The notes: generated by a model not told the origin, from the letters alone. DNA of 64,000 nucleotides from Lysobacterales bacterium (GCA_022844165.1 JALHMH010000014.1:1-64000); one strand, 5' to 3'. Positions 1 through 9,714 are shown, numbered from the stretch's first letter. Translations and numbers: made by a program.

Positions 1-245
1 TGCTCGAAGACGTGCCCCATCCAGGTGCCTTCTTGCATGCGCTTTAAGAACCCGCCGGCCTCGCCATAGGAGCAGCCGTGGTCCGCCAGCGACGGTACCG
101 CCTTCACCAGGCCGTTGATGAAGTCATCGCCGAGTTTATCGGTCGGCCACTGCTCGAGCTCTTCGAGATCGACCACGTGCGAGATGCACGGGAAGTGGGC
201 AAAGCGGTTTGGGCCGCCGTAAACATCGGTCGATAGAATCCGCAT
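1..245 (-). CDS. cphA: Cyanophycin synthetase, 5' portion (runs off the window edge)
   Basis: Not in the ORF track. Manual translation from ATG at 245 (GGGGAG RBS upstream) gives MRILSTDVYGGPNRFAHFPCISHVVDLEELEQWPTDKLGDDFINGLVKAVPSLADHGCSYGEAGGFLKRMQEGTWMGHVFE(H), matching the CphA1 N domain (GPN...PSL.EH.CS.G..GGFL.R..EGT.MGH..EH). Confidence 0.88.
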   Translation of the reverse strand, partial: MRILSTDVYGGPNRFAHFPCISHVVDLEELEQWPTDKLGDDFINGLVKAVPSLADHGCSYGEAGGFLKRMQEGTWMGHVFE

Positions 246-413
246 CTCGCACTCCCCAGTGGTGATCCGATGTCACCAAGGATGCCGTTTTTGCAAAGAA
301 AGGCAAGCGGGTCTTTGATTCAACTCGGCGGTCGATCGTCCAGAATGGTGCACGCCAGACATTCGGCCGCTCGGCAGCGGGTTTCCCCGATTCTCGGAGG
401 CGCTCACGCTCCT

Positions 414-549
414 GTAGATCGCGCTACAACGCGACGCTTTTGTCAGTTCCTGTCGGGTTTCCAGCACACTCGTAGAGTGACGCGAGTGCTCCAAGATTGC
501 TGGAGGCTGGTGGGAACAGCTAAAAGCGTCGCGCTTTAGCGCGATCCAC
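414..549. repeat. Inverted pair of REP-like palindromes (REPIN/BIME-like)
   Basis: GTAGATCGCGCTACAACGCGAC at 414-435 and the inverted copy GTCGCGCTTTAGCGCGATCCAC at 528-549 (reverse complement starts GTGG). The inner flanks are also inverted (GCTTTTGTCAGTTCC / GGAACAGCTAAAAGC). Confidence 0.75.
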
Positions 550-616
550 AAATGCGAGTGCGGCACACTCAGGACGCCGCGGCTGCTTCGAAATTGCTGG
601 AGTCTGGCAGGAACAG

Positions 617-1711
617 CTAAAACGCAAAAGCGCGTTCGTCGACGATCCGCCATGCCAGAGTACTGCCGGCATGGAATGGCACGACTTCCGTCGCCGCTGC
701 ATTGATTCGCGTTGGCACGACTTGCGGTACCCGTTCGAGTACGATGCGCGCCTCGTTGAGCGGCAGCCCATAGAAACGCGGTCCATTCTCTGACGCAAAA
801 GCCTCCAGGCGGTCGAGTGCGTTCTCCTCCTCGAAGGTTTTTGCGTAACTTTCGAGGGCGTGTGGTGCGTTGAAGATGCCGGCGCAACCACACGCGGACT
901 CTTTGGCACCAACCGCATGCGGCGCTGAATCGGTGCCAAGGAAGAACCTGGGTGAACCTGAGGTGGCCACGCGACGCAGGGCCAGGCGATGCGGTTCGCG
1001 TTTGGCGACCGGCAGGCAATAAAAGTGCGGACGAATGCCGCCCTCGAACATCGCGTTGCGGTTGATGTCGAGATGGTGCGGCGTGATGGTGGCGGCCAAC
1101 GTTGCCGGGCCGCTCTCGACAAACGTCACGGCTTCGGCAGTCGTGATGTGTTCGAACACCACTTTGAGCGCTGGGAAATCCTGGATCAGCTTTGTCAGGA
1201 TCCGATCGATGAACACCGCTTCGCGATCGAAAATATCGACATGTTTGTCGGTGACTTCGCCATGCACCAACAACGGCATGCCGATTCGCTGCAAGGTTTC
1301 CAACACGGAATAGATGTTGCGAATATCAGTGACGCCGAAGCTGGAGTTCGTCGTGGCATGCGCCGGATAGAGCTTGCATGCGGTGAATATGCCTGCCTTG
1401 AACCCGAGTTCGATTTCTTTGGCATCGATGCTGTCGGTGAGGTAGCAGGTCATCAGTGGGGTAAATTGAGTGCCTGGGTCGAGTGCCGCGAGGATGCGGT
1501 TGCGATATGCATCGGCGGCCGCCGCCGTTGTGACAGGTGGGCTCAGATTGGGCATCACGATGGCCCGTGCGAATTGGCGCGCGGTGTAGCCGACGACCGA
1601 AGCCAGCATTGCGCCATCGCGTAAATGCACATGCCAGTCGTCCGGCCGGCGGATTGTGAGGCGCGTTTCGATGCCACCGGTGCGTGCGGCGGCAAGAGCT
1701 TGGGAGGCCAA
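617..1711 (-). CDS. pyrC: Dihydroorotase (homodimeric, E. coli-type)
   Basis: [45 protein letters not shown] and CGCAGIF motifs. The TTG start is uncertain. Confidence 0.95.
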   Translation of the reverse strand: MASQALAAARTGGIETRLTIRRPDDWHVHLRDGAMLASVVGYTARQFARAIVMPNLSPPVTTAAAADAYRNRILAALDPGTQFTPLMTCYLTDSIDAKEIELGFKAGIFTACKLYPAHATTNSSFGVTDIRNIYSVLETLQRIGMPLLVHGEVTDKHVDIFDREAVFIDRILTKLIQDFPALKVVFEHITTAEAVTFVESGPATLAATITPHHLDINRNAMFEGGIRPHFYCLPVAKREPHRLALRRVATSGSPRFFLGTDSAPHAVGAKESACGCAGIFNAPHALESYAKTFEEENALDRLEAFASENGPRFYGLPLNEARIVLERVPQVVPTRINAAATEVVPFHAGSTLAWRIVDERAFAF

Positions 1712-1912
1712 GGGGCGATTCTCGCTGGAGCGATCCCTAAATGTAGCGCAAGGCTGCGACGGGTTCGAGACCGCTGCTGCACATTGCTCAGCCGCGATTG
1801 ATGTTGGATCGGTGGCGCCGGCCGCCAGATTCAGACTGCATCAGGCGCGCACAGATCGCGGCTCTGTTCCGAAGTGCAGTCACACAAACGAATTCGGTGC
1901 GAAGTCTCATTC

Positions 1913-1926
1913 TGTAATCGTATACA
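1913..1926. promoter_or_regulatory. Putative sugar-regulator operator (LacI-family or HexR-like) upstream of zwf
   Basis: Imperfect palindrome TGTAATCGTATACA with central CG, about 58 bp upstream of the zwf start, in the divergent pyrC/zwf gap. Confidence 0.5.
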
Positions 1927-1983
1927 CGGCATTCGTCATCGGGAGCAGGCGATACTCGCGCGATTGCGATCGACCTTTGGCCT

Positions 1984-3441
1984 ATGACCACACACGCTGC
2001 TCAACTGCTGGTGATCTTCGGTGTCACCGGCGATCTGGCGCAACGCATGTTGCTGCCTTCTCTCTATGGTCTGCAACGCGACGGATTGCTGCCGGCCGGG
2101 CTGGTGGTATTGGGCACTGGGCGGACAACGCTGGATGGCGCCGCTTTCGCGCAGCTGGTGCGTGAGGCGATTGAGCGGCGAGTGCCGTCGAACGAGCGCG
2201 ATCCGGTGCATATCGATGCATTGTGCGCGCGGCTGAACTACCAGGCTGCAGGCCTTGATCACGCGGAACAGTTAGGGGCACTGTACGAGCGCATCCGTGA
2301 GCTGCGGCGGGGTGATGTGGTGTTCCATTTGTCCACCGCGCCGCGTTGGTACAGCACCATTTGCCGTGCCCTTGGGCAAGCGGGGTTGAGCGGTACAGGT
2401 ACGCGTGTGATGCTGGAAAAACCCATCGGTCATGATCTTGCGACAGCTGTCGAGATCAATACCGGCGTCGGGCAAATTTTCGACGAAGAGAGGATTTATC
2501 GCGTCGACCACTATCTGGGTAAGGAAGGCGTTCAGAACCTGCTTGCGCTGCGCTTCGGTAACGCGCTGTTCGAGCCGCTCTGGAATGCGCGGCATATCGC
2601 TCAGGTTCAAATCACTGTGGCGGAAACGGTGGGCGTTGAAGGTCGGGGCGACTACTACGACGAATCTGGCGCGATGCGCGACATGGTGCAAAACCACCTG
2701 CTGCAGTTATTGTGTCTGACGGCGATGGAACCGCCCAGCGACTTCGATCCGGCCGCGGTGCGCAACGAAAAGATCAAGGTGCTGCGTAGTTTGCGGCCGA
2801 TCGCTGACGACGATATCGGCAGCCATAGCGTGGCTGGTCAATACACGGCCGGCGCGATTGATGGCGTCGCCGTGCCGGGATATCGCGACGAATTGGGACG
2901 CGCCAGCCACACCGAGACCTTTGTTGCGCTGCGCGCGCACATCGACAACTGGCGTTGGTCGGGTGTGCCGTTTTATTTGCGTACCGGCAAACGTATGCCG
3001 CGCCGTGCGACGGAAATCTATTTGCAGTTTCGGGCCGTGCCACACTCGATTTTTGGCGGTGCGTTGATTGAGCCCAATGCCCTGGTGATCCAGTTGCAGC
3101 CCGAAGAACGCATTTCGCTGATGCTGATGAGCAAGACGCCGGGATTGGATCGTAGTGGACTGAAGTTCACGCAGGTCGCATTGGATCTGGACCTGCACGA
3201 GACCTTCGAAACGGTGCGCAAGCGTCTCGCGTACGAGCGGCTTTATCTGGATGCATTGGAGGGTAATGGCACGCTATTCGTGCGTCGCGACGAGACCGAG
3301 GTCGCGTGGCAGTGGGTCGATGGGATTTTCGCCGGTTGGAAGAAGGCGGGTGTGGCGCCAAAAAGCTATCCAGCCGGTACCTGGGGCCCCGCGAGCGCGG
3401 TTGGGTTGATCGAGCGCAATGGGTTTAGTTGGCGCGAGTAG
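1984..3441 (+). CDS. zwf: Glucose-6-phosphate 1-dehydrogenase
   Basis: IFGVTGDLA, EKPIGHDL, YRVDHYLGKE, RDMVQNHLLQ and WRWSGVPFYLRTGKR motifs. Confidence 0.97.
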   Translation: MTTHAAQLLVIFGVTGDLAQRMLLPSLYGLQRDGLLPAGLVVLGTGRTTLDGAAFAQLVREAIERRVPSNERDPVHIDALCARLNYQAAGLDHAEQLGALYERIRELRRGDVVFHLSTAPRWYSTICRALGQAGLSGTGTRVMLEKPIGHDLATAVEINTGVGQIFDEERIYRVDHYLGKEGVQNLLALRFGNALFEPLWNARHIAQVQITVAETVGVEGRGDYYDESGAMRDMVQNHLLQLLCLTAMEPPSDFDPAAVRNEKIKVLRSLRPIADDDIGSHSVAGQYTAGAIDGVAVPGYRDELGRASHTETFVALRAHIDNWRWSGVPFYLRTGKRMPRRATEIYLQFRAVPHSIFGGALIEPNALVIQLQPEERISLMLMSKTPGLDRSGLKFTQVALDLDLHETFETVRKRLAYERLYLDALEGNGTLFVRRDETEVAWQWVDGIFAGWKKAGVAPKSYPAGTWGPASAVGLIERNGFSWRE

Positions 3442-3462
3442 TACGAATGGCAGTGACGGCCT

Positions 3463-3662
3463 GTAGGTCGCGCTATAGCGCGACGTTCTTGTCGGTTCCG
3501 AGCACGAGAAACAGTGCGTCGAATGCGGTGGCGGCTCAGGCGAGTCAGACACGTCGCTCACAATGGATGCTCGGGCTATCGAAACTCGACAACAGCGTCG
3601 CGCCATGACGTGATTGGGGCTGCGGGGAACAGATAACAGCGTCGCGCTATAGCGCGACCCAC
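3463..3662. repeat. REP-like palindrome cluster (inverted pair plus one decayed copy) between zwf and pgl
   Basis: GTAG + perfect palindrome GTCGCGCTATAGCGCGAC (3467-3484). The same palindrome recurs at 3641-3658 followed by CCAC. A decayed copy GTCGCGCCATGACGTGAT lies at 3597-3614. Confidence 0.8.
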
Positions 3663-3674
3663 AAGGGGCGGAGA

Positions 3675-4349
3675 GTGCGGTTTACGACAAGTACGGACCT
3701 TTTTGCGGAACTTGCAGAGCGTCTCGAAGCATCGATCGCCGCGGCGCTCGACGCGCGCGGTGCCGCTTGGTTGGCGTTGGCGGGCGGGCGCACGGCACCG
3801 CCGGTGTTTCAGCGCTTGAGTTCGCGGATCCATGATTGGTCGAAGGTCCGTGCGGTGCCGACGGATGAGCGCTGGGTGGCGCATTCGCATCCAGACTGCA
3901 ATCTGAGCGCCGCCAAAGCGGCATTCGCTTCTGCCCGTGGTTTGAGCTGGGTGGCGTTGACGCCGTCTGCTCCAGGCGGCGAGGCGAGCGCCGCGTTCGC
4001 CGCAAAAGCCCTCGGTGTATTTCCAGAGCCCTTCGATGCGGTGCTGCTAGGGATGGGGGCGGATGGTCATTTTGCCTCGTTGTTCCCGGGCGCCGTGGGA
4101 CTCAGCGATGCGCTGGATCCGGCGCAGCGAGCGGCCGCGATGGCGCTCGTTCCAAATCCCATGCCCAGCGCAGGGCCACATGCCAGAATTACCTTGACGT
4201 TGTCGCGCCTGCTTAACAGTCGTCGCGTTATGTTGGCGATCAGTGGCGACGACAAACGTGCGACGCTTGAGCGCGCCCACAAAGATCGACTCCCGGTGGC
4301 CGCATTGCTAGATCATTGTCCAACGCTCGAGGTGGTTTGGTCGCGCTGA
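3675..4349 (+). CDS. pgl: 6-phosphogluconolactonase
   Basis: [30 protein letters not shown] and RITLTL motifs; located between zwf and edd. Confidence 0.92.
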   Translation: MRFTTSTDLFAELAERLEASIAAALDARGAAWLALAGGRTAPPVFQRLSSRIHDWSKVRAVPTDERWVAHSHPDCNLSAAKAAFASARGLSWVALTPSAPGGEASAAFAAKALGVFPEPFDAVLLGMGADGHFASLFPGAVGLSDALDPAQRAAAMALVPNPMPSAGPHARITLTLSRLLNSRRVMLAISGDDKRATLERAHKDRLPVAALLDHCPTLEVVWSR

Positions 4350-4428
4350 AAAGCGAGTTTGCACTTGCAAGCGTGGTATCCAAGCGACTCGATTTGCTTC
4401 GTCCAATTACAAGCAACAACAACAGAAA

Positions 4429-6249
4429 ATGCACCCAACCATCCAGCGCGCCACCGACCGCATCGCTCACCGCTCGCGCGCCACCCGCGATGCCTACCTG
4501 CAACGCATCGCCAACGCGCGATTCGATGGTCCCGCGCGACAGCGCTTGAGCTGCGGCAATCTTGCGCACGGATTTGCGGCTTCGGGCGCCGATAAGTCGC
4601 AGCTGCGTGGTCATCGTGGCGTAAACCTGGGCATTGTCAGCGCCTACAACGACATGCTTAGTGCGCACCAGCCGCTGGAGAACTACCCGGCGCTCATCAA
4701 AATGGCGGCACGTAACGCTGGCGCCACCGCGCAGTTCGCAGGCGGCGTGCCGGCGATGTGCGACGGCGTGACGCAGGGTCGCACGTCGATGGAACTCAGT
4801 TTGTTCTCGCGCGATGCGATCGCGATGGCCACCGGCATTGCACTCTCGCACGAAATGTTCGATGCGGCGCTGCTGCTCGGTGTGTGCGACAAAATCGTGC
4901 CGGGACTGCTGATTGGTGCGCTCGCATTTGGCCATTTGCCGGTGATTTTTGTGCCCGCCGGCCCAATGACATCGGGGCTCCCGAACAATGAAAAGGCGCG
5001 TATTCGACAGGCGTACGCCGAAGGCAAAGCCACCCGTGAGGAACTCCTCGATGCCGAAGCCGCCAGTTACCATGGTCCAGGAACGTGCACGTTTTATGGT
5101 ACAGCCAACAGCAATCAGATGCTGCTGGAGATGATGGGTTTGCACATGCCCGGCACCGCGTTCGTCAATCCGGGTACGGCGCTGCGCGATGCGTTGACGG
5201 TGGCGGCGACGGAGCGTGCCTGCGCAATCACGCACCTTGGTCACGAGTACACGCCAATCGGGGTGTTGGTCGATGAGCGCGCTATCGTCAACGCGATGGT
5301 TGGATTGGCGGCGACTGGTGGCTCAACCAATCACGCCATTCACCTGGTCGCGATCGCGCGTGCCGCCGGCATCCTCATTGATTGGTCCGACCTGGACGAA
5401 ATCTCGCGCGCGACCCCGTTGCTGACGCGCATCTATCCGAACGGCGGCGCCGACGTTAATCACTTTCATGCCGCCGGTGGCATGGGTTTTGTAATTCGTG
5501 AGCTATTGGCTGCCGGTTTGGCGCACAACCTGCGCTGTGTGCACGGCGGCGATCTGCACGCGCAGGGTACGGAGCCGTTTCTCGACGGTCTGCAATTGTG
5601 TTGGCGCGCGCCGCCAGAGCGCAGCCTGGATGAGGACGTGCTGCGCGGAACCGCGCACCCGTTCGATAGTGAGGGTGGTTTGCGCTGCTTGACGGGCAAC
5701 CTCGGCCGCGCGGTCGTCAAGGTGTCGGCAGTCGCTCCGGCGTATCGCAAGATCGCTGCACCAGCGAAGGTGTTCGATTCGCAGGATGCGTTGCTGTTTG
5801 CGTTCAAAGCGGGTGAGCTCACTGGCGATTTCGTCGCCGTGATTCGTGGCCAGGGTCCGCGCGCCAATGGCATGCCGGAGCTGCATAAACTGACGCCTAC
5901 GCTGGCCGTGCTGCAAGATCGCGGTCAGCGTGTCGCATTGCTGACCGATGGCCGCATGTCCGGTGCCAGCGGCAAGGTGCTTGCGGCAATCCACGTCTCG
6001 CCAGAGGCATACGCAGGCGGCGCGATTGCGAAGATTCGCGAGGGCGATCTGATGATCATCGACGGCGATGCGGGCACGATGGATGCACAAGTCGATGCGC
6101 TTACCTGGGCGGCGCGTCCGCCGGCGCAGATCGATGTCGCCGGCAATCAACAGGGTGTGGGGCGCGAGTTGTTCGCGCTGATGCGCCAGCATGCGGCCAG
6201 CGCCGAGGAGGGCGGATCGGGTCTGGGCGAAACTCGGGTGGAGCAGTGA
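4429..6249 (+). CDS. edd: Phosphogluconate dehydratase
   Basis: [46 protein letters not shown] and [10 protein letters not shown] motifs. Confidence 0.97.
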   Translation: MHPTIQRATDRIAHRSRATRDAYLQRIANARFDGPARQRLSCGNLAHGFAASGADKSQLRGHRGVNLGIVSAYNDMLSAHQPLENYPALIKMAARNAGATAQFAGGVPAMCDGVTQGRTSMELSLFSRDAIAMATGIALSHEMFDAALLLGVCDKIVPGLLIGALAFGHLPVIFVPAGPMTSGLPNNEKARIRQAYAEGKATREELLDAEAASYHGPGTCTFYGTANSNQMLLEMMGLHMPGTAFVNPGTALRDALTVAATERACAITHLGHEYTPIGVLVDERAIVNAMVGLAATGGSTNHAIHLVAIARAAGILIDWSDLDEISRATPLLTRIYPNGGADVNHFHAAGGMGFVIRELLAAGLAHNLRCVHGGDLHAQGTEPFLDGLQLCWRAPPERSLDEDVLRGTAHPFDSEGGLRCLTGNLGRAVVKVSAVAPAYRKIAAPAKVFDSQDALLFAFKAGELTGDFVAVIRGQGPRANGMPELHKLTPTLAVLQDRGQRVALLTDGRMSGASGKVLAAIHVSPEAYAGGAIAKIREGDLMIIDGDAGTMDAQVDALTWAARPPAQIDVAGNQQGVGRELFALMRQHAASAEEGGSGLGETRVEQ

Positions 6250-7235
6250 ACGCCCTGATTGCCGATATCGGCGGCACCAACGCGCGCTTTGCGCTGACGC
6301 CCTTGGACGGCGAGCCGCAGTTGATCGAGCAGCGTTCATTGCCGGCTGCTGAGTTCGCATCTTTGCAGCACGCTGCAGAACACTATTTGTCGCAGGTCGG
6401 CGTACGTCCCGCACAAGCGGCTTTCGCCGTCGCCTGTCCGGTTTCCGGCGACGAAGTTCGATTGACCAATCGCGCCTGGTCTTTTTCTGTCGCCGAGTTG
6501 CAGCACAACTTGAGGCTCGAACGCCTGACCGTGCTCAACGATTTCGGTGCGGTCGCGCATGCGGTTCCGGGGTTGCGTCGTGAGGAGGCGATCAGCTTGC
6601 ACGGCAGTCACGAGTTGCCTCCGGCCGGCCCGGTGACCGTGCTCGGGCCTGGCACCGGTTTGGGAATTGCGCTCCTGACCGGTGATGCGGTGAGTGGCTG
6701 GCGCGTCATTGAAACGGAAGGCGGCCACATCAGTTTTGCGCCACAGGGCGAGGAAGAGTGGCGCATCGCACGCTGGCTGGACGCGCGCTTCGGCCGCACG
6801 TCCAACGAGCGCTTGTTGTGTGGCGCGGGCTTGAGCCATATCGATGCGGCGTTGGCGGCGGGCGAAGAGACCGCAGTGCCGCACGATTGGGCAAAACACC
6901 TGCGCGATCCTGCCGCTATCGTCGCTGCGGCACTGGACGGCCATGACTTGATCGCAAGGCGTTCGCTCGCGCGATTTTGCGCGGTACTGGGCAGTGTCGC
7001 TGGCGATGCCGCCCTGATTCACGGTGCAAGGACTGTGATGGTGGCGGGTGGCATCGTGCCACGTTTCGTACCGTTCCTGAGGTCCAGCGCATTTCGCGAA
7101 CGGTTTCTCGCCAAAGGTCGCTTTGCGGCTTATCTTGAAGGCGTCTCCGTTCGGCTCATCGTTCATCCGCAGCCCGGACTGCTGGGCGCGGCAATGGTGG
7201 TTCGTCAAGCCTGGCCAGCGGGACGTTCAGTCTGA
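6246..7235 (+). CDS. glk: Glucokinase
   Basis: [29 protein letters not shown] and FLAKGRF motifs; GTGA overlap with edd. Confidence 0.95.
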   Translation: MNALIADIGGTNARFALTPLDGEPQLIEQRSLPAAEFASLQHAAEHYLSQVGVRPAQAAFAVACPVSGDEVRLTNRAWSFSVAELQHNLRLERLTVLNDFGAVAHAVPGLRREEAISLHGSHELPPAGPVTVLGPGTGLGIALLTGDAVSGWRVIETEGGHISFAPQGEEEWRIARWLDARFGRTSNERLLCGAGLSHIDAALAAGEETAVPHDWAKHLRDPAAIVAAALDGHDLIARRSLARFCAVLGSVAGDAALIHGARTVMVAGGIVPRFVPFLRSSAFRERFLAKGRFAAYLEGVSVRLIVHPQPGLLGAAMVVRQAWPAGRSV

Positions 7236-7245
7236 AACGTGCAAG

Positions 7246-7274
7246 CGAGCACGTGCAGCTTCTTGCTGCGCTCG
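7246..7274. terminator. Possible hairpin between convergent glk and SDR genes
   Basis: CGAGC-acgt-GCAGC-ttctt-GCTGC-GCTCG bulged stem; no clear U-tract. Confidence 0.3.
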
Positions 7275-7293
7275 ATCAACGCCAGTCAGCCCG

Positions 7294-8094
7294 CTACGTA
7301 GCGCGCTGTCTCTGCTTTTGAACGTACTTCAAGATTTCACGAAAGTAGTACTCAGGGAACCAGCGCTTTAATCGCCAGCGCCAGCGAGTTTCTTTGTGGG
7401 GCAACAGCATAAACACGCCGCGTTCGGATTGCTCGATGGCAAATCGCGCGACGTCCGCGGCGTTGATGTCGCTTTTTTCCATCAGGTGCCTGGCCATCGT
7501 TGCCAGCATGGATTTAGGATCGCCATCGTAGGACTGCATCAAGTTGGTTTTGAAGAAGCTTGGGCAGAGTACGCTCACACCAACGCCTTTGGGTCGCAGT
7601 TCCGCGCGCAGACTTTCGCTCAGCGCCACGACCGCAGCTTTGGCCACGCCGTAGGCGCCCAATCCAGGCGCGCCAGCGAGGCCGGCAAACGAGGCGACAT
7701 TGATCACATGTCCGCGCTTTTGCGCTTCCAGCAGTGGAACAAACTCGCGTACGCCGCGAACGACCCCCAGCAAGTTGATGTTGATCGAGCGCTGCCAATC
7801 GGCGGCTGAACTATGCGCAATTTCGCCGCCGCAAGCGATGCCTGCATTGTTGATCAACATATCGATGCCGTTCCACGCGGCAAGAACCTGCGCCCTCAAC
7901 TCGGCGATTGATGCGTCGCTGCCCACGTCCGCCTGCAGCGCCAGATGCCCGTTCTCTGGCAGCATCTTTTGTGTTTCGTCGGCGCGCGCCGCATGGATAT
8001 CGACGCATGCAACCCGGTCGCCGCGCGCTGCCAGGAACTCCGCAAAAGCGCGGCCCAGGCCGCTTCCAGCGCCGGTGATCAATACTCTTTGCAT
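7294..8094 (-). CDS. Short-chain dehydrogenase/reductase (classical SDR)
   Basis: Likely start MQRVLITGAGSGLG at 8094; NNAGI, NVAS and catalytic YGVAK motifs. Confidence 0.92.
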   Translation of the reverse strand: MQRVLITGAGSGLGRAFAEFLAARGDRVACVDIHAARADETQKMLPENGHLALQADVGSDASIAELRAQVLAAWNGIDMLINNAGIACGGEIAHSSAADWQRSININLLGVVRGVREFVPLLEAQKRGHVINVASFAGLAGAPGLGAYGVAKAAVVALSESLRAELRPKGVGVSVLCPSFFKTNLMQSYDGDPKSMLATMARHLMEKSDINAADVARFAIEQSERGVFMLLPHKETRWRWRLKRWFPEYYFREILKYVQKQRQRAT

Positions 8095-8150
8095 CGGTTG
8101 GGTCCGCTCAAGGTGTACTGAGAAGCATGCGATGTATCGGTACGGATTTG

Positions 8151-9017
8151 CTACCACAGCGATAGTTGCGAATGTGCAGCTTCTCCAGGGAATGCCGGCA
8201 GTGGCGGCAACTTCAGCTGTTCGCGGACGCGGTCGTAGAACCAGCGGGCCAGGAGTGGCGCCTCTTTGTCATCTGGCGTGTGCATGAAAAAGTGCAAGTC
8301 GCGACCCTCCGTCAGCCATGCAACGGCGATGTCGAGCCACTCATGCAGAAAGGTGTGGGCGGCAGTGGCCTGGTTTTCGCCGACAAATCGCAACATTGGT
8401 CGATGGCCGATGGCGAGTCTGCGTAGTGGTATCGACGGTTTCCTGGCTTGCGCCGCGACGGTGTTCGCATCGGCCGCGGTCGCCGCATGAATGCACCGCG
8501 TATCCATGACAGCACGGTCGACCTCGAACTCGCGAAGGCATTCGTGGAGTGCCGCTTCGAATGGTCCGCCATCAAAATAGTCGGGATGGCGGACTTCTAC
8601 GGCGTATTGAAATTCGCTGCTCAGTTGACTCAGGAATGATCGAAGCGTACCCAGTCGCGTTGCGCCGAATTTTGGGCCGAGCTGGATCAAGAACGGACCA
8701 AGATTCGCGGCCAATGGCGACATGAGCTTCAAGAAGGCATCCCGTTCGCGCCCCGCACCCAGGAGCATTCGTTTGTGGGTGATGTCCGATGGGAACTTAA
8801 AGCAGAACCGGAATCCTGGTGGCACCTCATCACGCCAACGGCTCACAGCGCCTGGGGTCGGAAGCGCGTAGAACGTAGAGTTGCCTTCCACGGTGCTGAA
8901 AACCTGAGCATATTGTGCCAAGAAGTCCTTTCGTTCCGCGCCCGGCGTAAAAAGGCTGCCGCGCCATTCGGCACAGGCCCAGACCGGACAGCCAATTCGA
9001 AACGCCCCGATTGACAG
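8151..9017 (-). CDS. DUF72 (YecE-like) protein
   Basis: VEGNSTFYALP, FRFCFKFP..ITH and AVEVRH motifs. The conserved N-terminus FRIGCPVW..EWRG lies in frame upstream of the ORF-track start (8921). Start placed tentatively at CTG 9017. Confidence 0.85.
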   Translation of the reverse strand: MSIGAFRIGCPVWACAEWRGSLFTPGAERKDFLAQYAQVFSTVEGNSTFYALPTPGAVSRWRDEVPPGFRFCFKFPSDITHKRMLLGAGRERDAFLKLMSPLAANLGPFLIQLGPKFGATRLGTLRSFLSQLSSEFQYAVEVRHPDYFDGGPFEAALHECLREFEVDRAVMDTRCIHAATAADANTVAAQARKPSIPLRRLAIGHRPMLRFVGENQATAAHTFLHEWLDIAVAWLTEGRDLHFFMHTPDDKEAPLLARWFYDRVREQLKLPPLPAFPGEAAHSQLSLW

Positions 9018-9129
9018 ATGGCACCACCGTTGCTGTTGTCGATCACCTTCTACGCGCTGTCGAATCGGCTGTCCATGGTTGCACAGCCGATCGCGAACTG
9101 ATTTAGCAAAGACCGGTTCAGGCCACCAG

Positions 9130-9714
9130 CTAACAACGCCGATGACGCGGCAGATGGCCTTTCAAGAAGTCCATCTGGTCGGCCAGGATGTGCCTGTTGG
9201 ACAGAATCAGATGCTCCACCCAGCTGGGGCGAAATGGAATCGCCAGCAGCGGCATGTTGGCTTGCTGCGGCGTTCTGCAGCCCTTGCGTACGTTACACGT
9301 CAAACAGGCCGTGACCACATTTTCCCAGATGTCGCGGCCACCTCGAGAGACTGGGATGACGTGATCACGCGTCAGATCGCCACGGGTAAAGGTCTGCCCA
9401 CAGTACATGCAAATATTTCGATCGCGCGTAAACAGCGCATGGTTCGTGAGCGCAGGTGCTGGGTCCCCATGCATGCACTTCGCGCGCGAACGACTGGCGA
9501 CAATTGGGTGCAGGTGGATCAGGCTCTGCTCGCCACTGCGGCGCGAGCGTCCGCCATGCACGGTGACGCAAGGATCGCCCAAGGTCCACGCGACGGCATC
9601 GCGCACATACAAACATACGGCATCCTGCCAGGAGATCCAGTCCAGAATTCGACCGCCGCTGTCCAGCGACAGCACGCGTGTCGTTTGCAAATCAGCGAAC
9701 ATCTGACTCTCCAA
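9130..9714 (-). CDS. HNH endonuclease (McrA/HNH_5-like)
   Basis: LFTRD..CMYCG, LTRDHVIPVSRGG..WENVVTACLTCNVRKG zinc-finger/HNH motif. Confidence 0.9.
   Translation of the reverse strand: MESQMFADLQTTRVLSLDSGGRILDWISWQDAVCLYVRDAVAWTLGDPCVTVHGGRSRRSGEQSLIHLHPIVASRSRAKCMHGDPAPALTNHALFTRDRNICMYCGQTFTRGDLTRDHVIPVSRGGRDIWENVVTACLTCNVRKGCRTPQQANMPLLAIPFRPSWVEHLILSNRHILADQMDFLKGHLPRHRRC

Noticed and set aside
3463-3662. Palindromic repeats as a CRISPR array
   Set aside because: Copies are inverted, few and irregularly spaced, and no cas genes are present. They fit REP elements.
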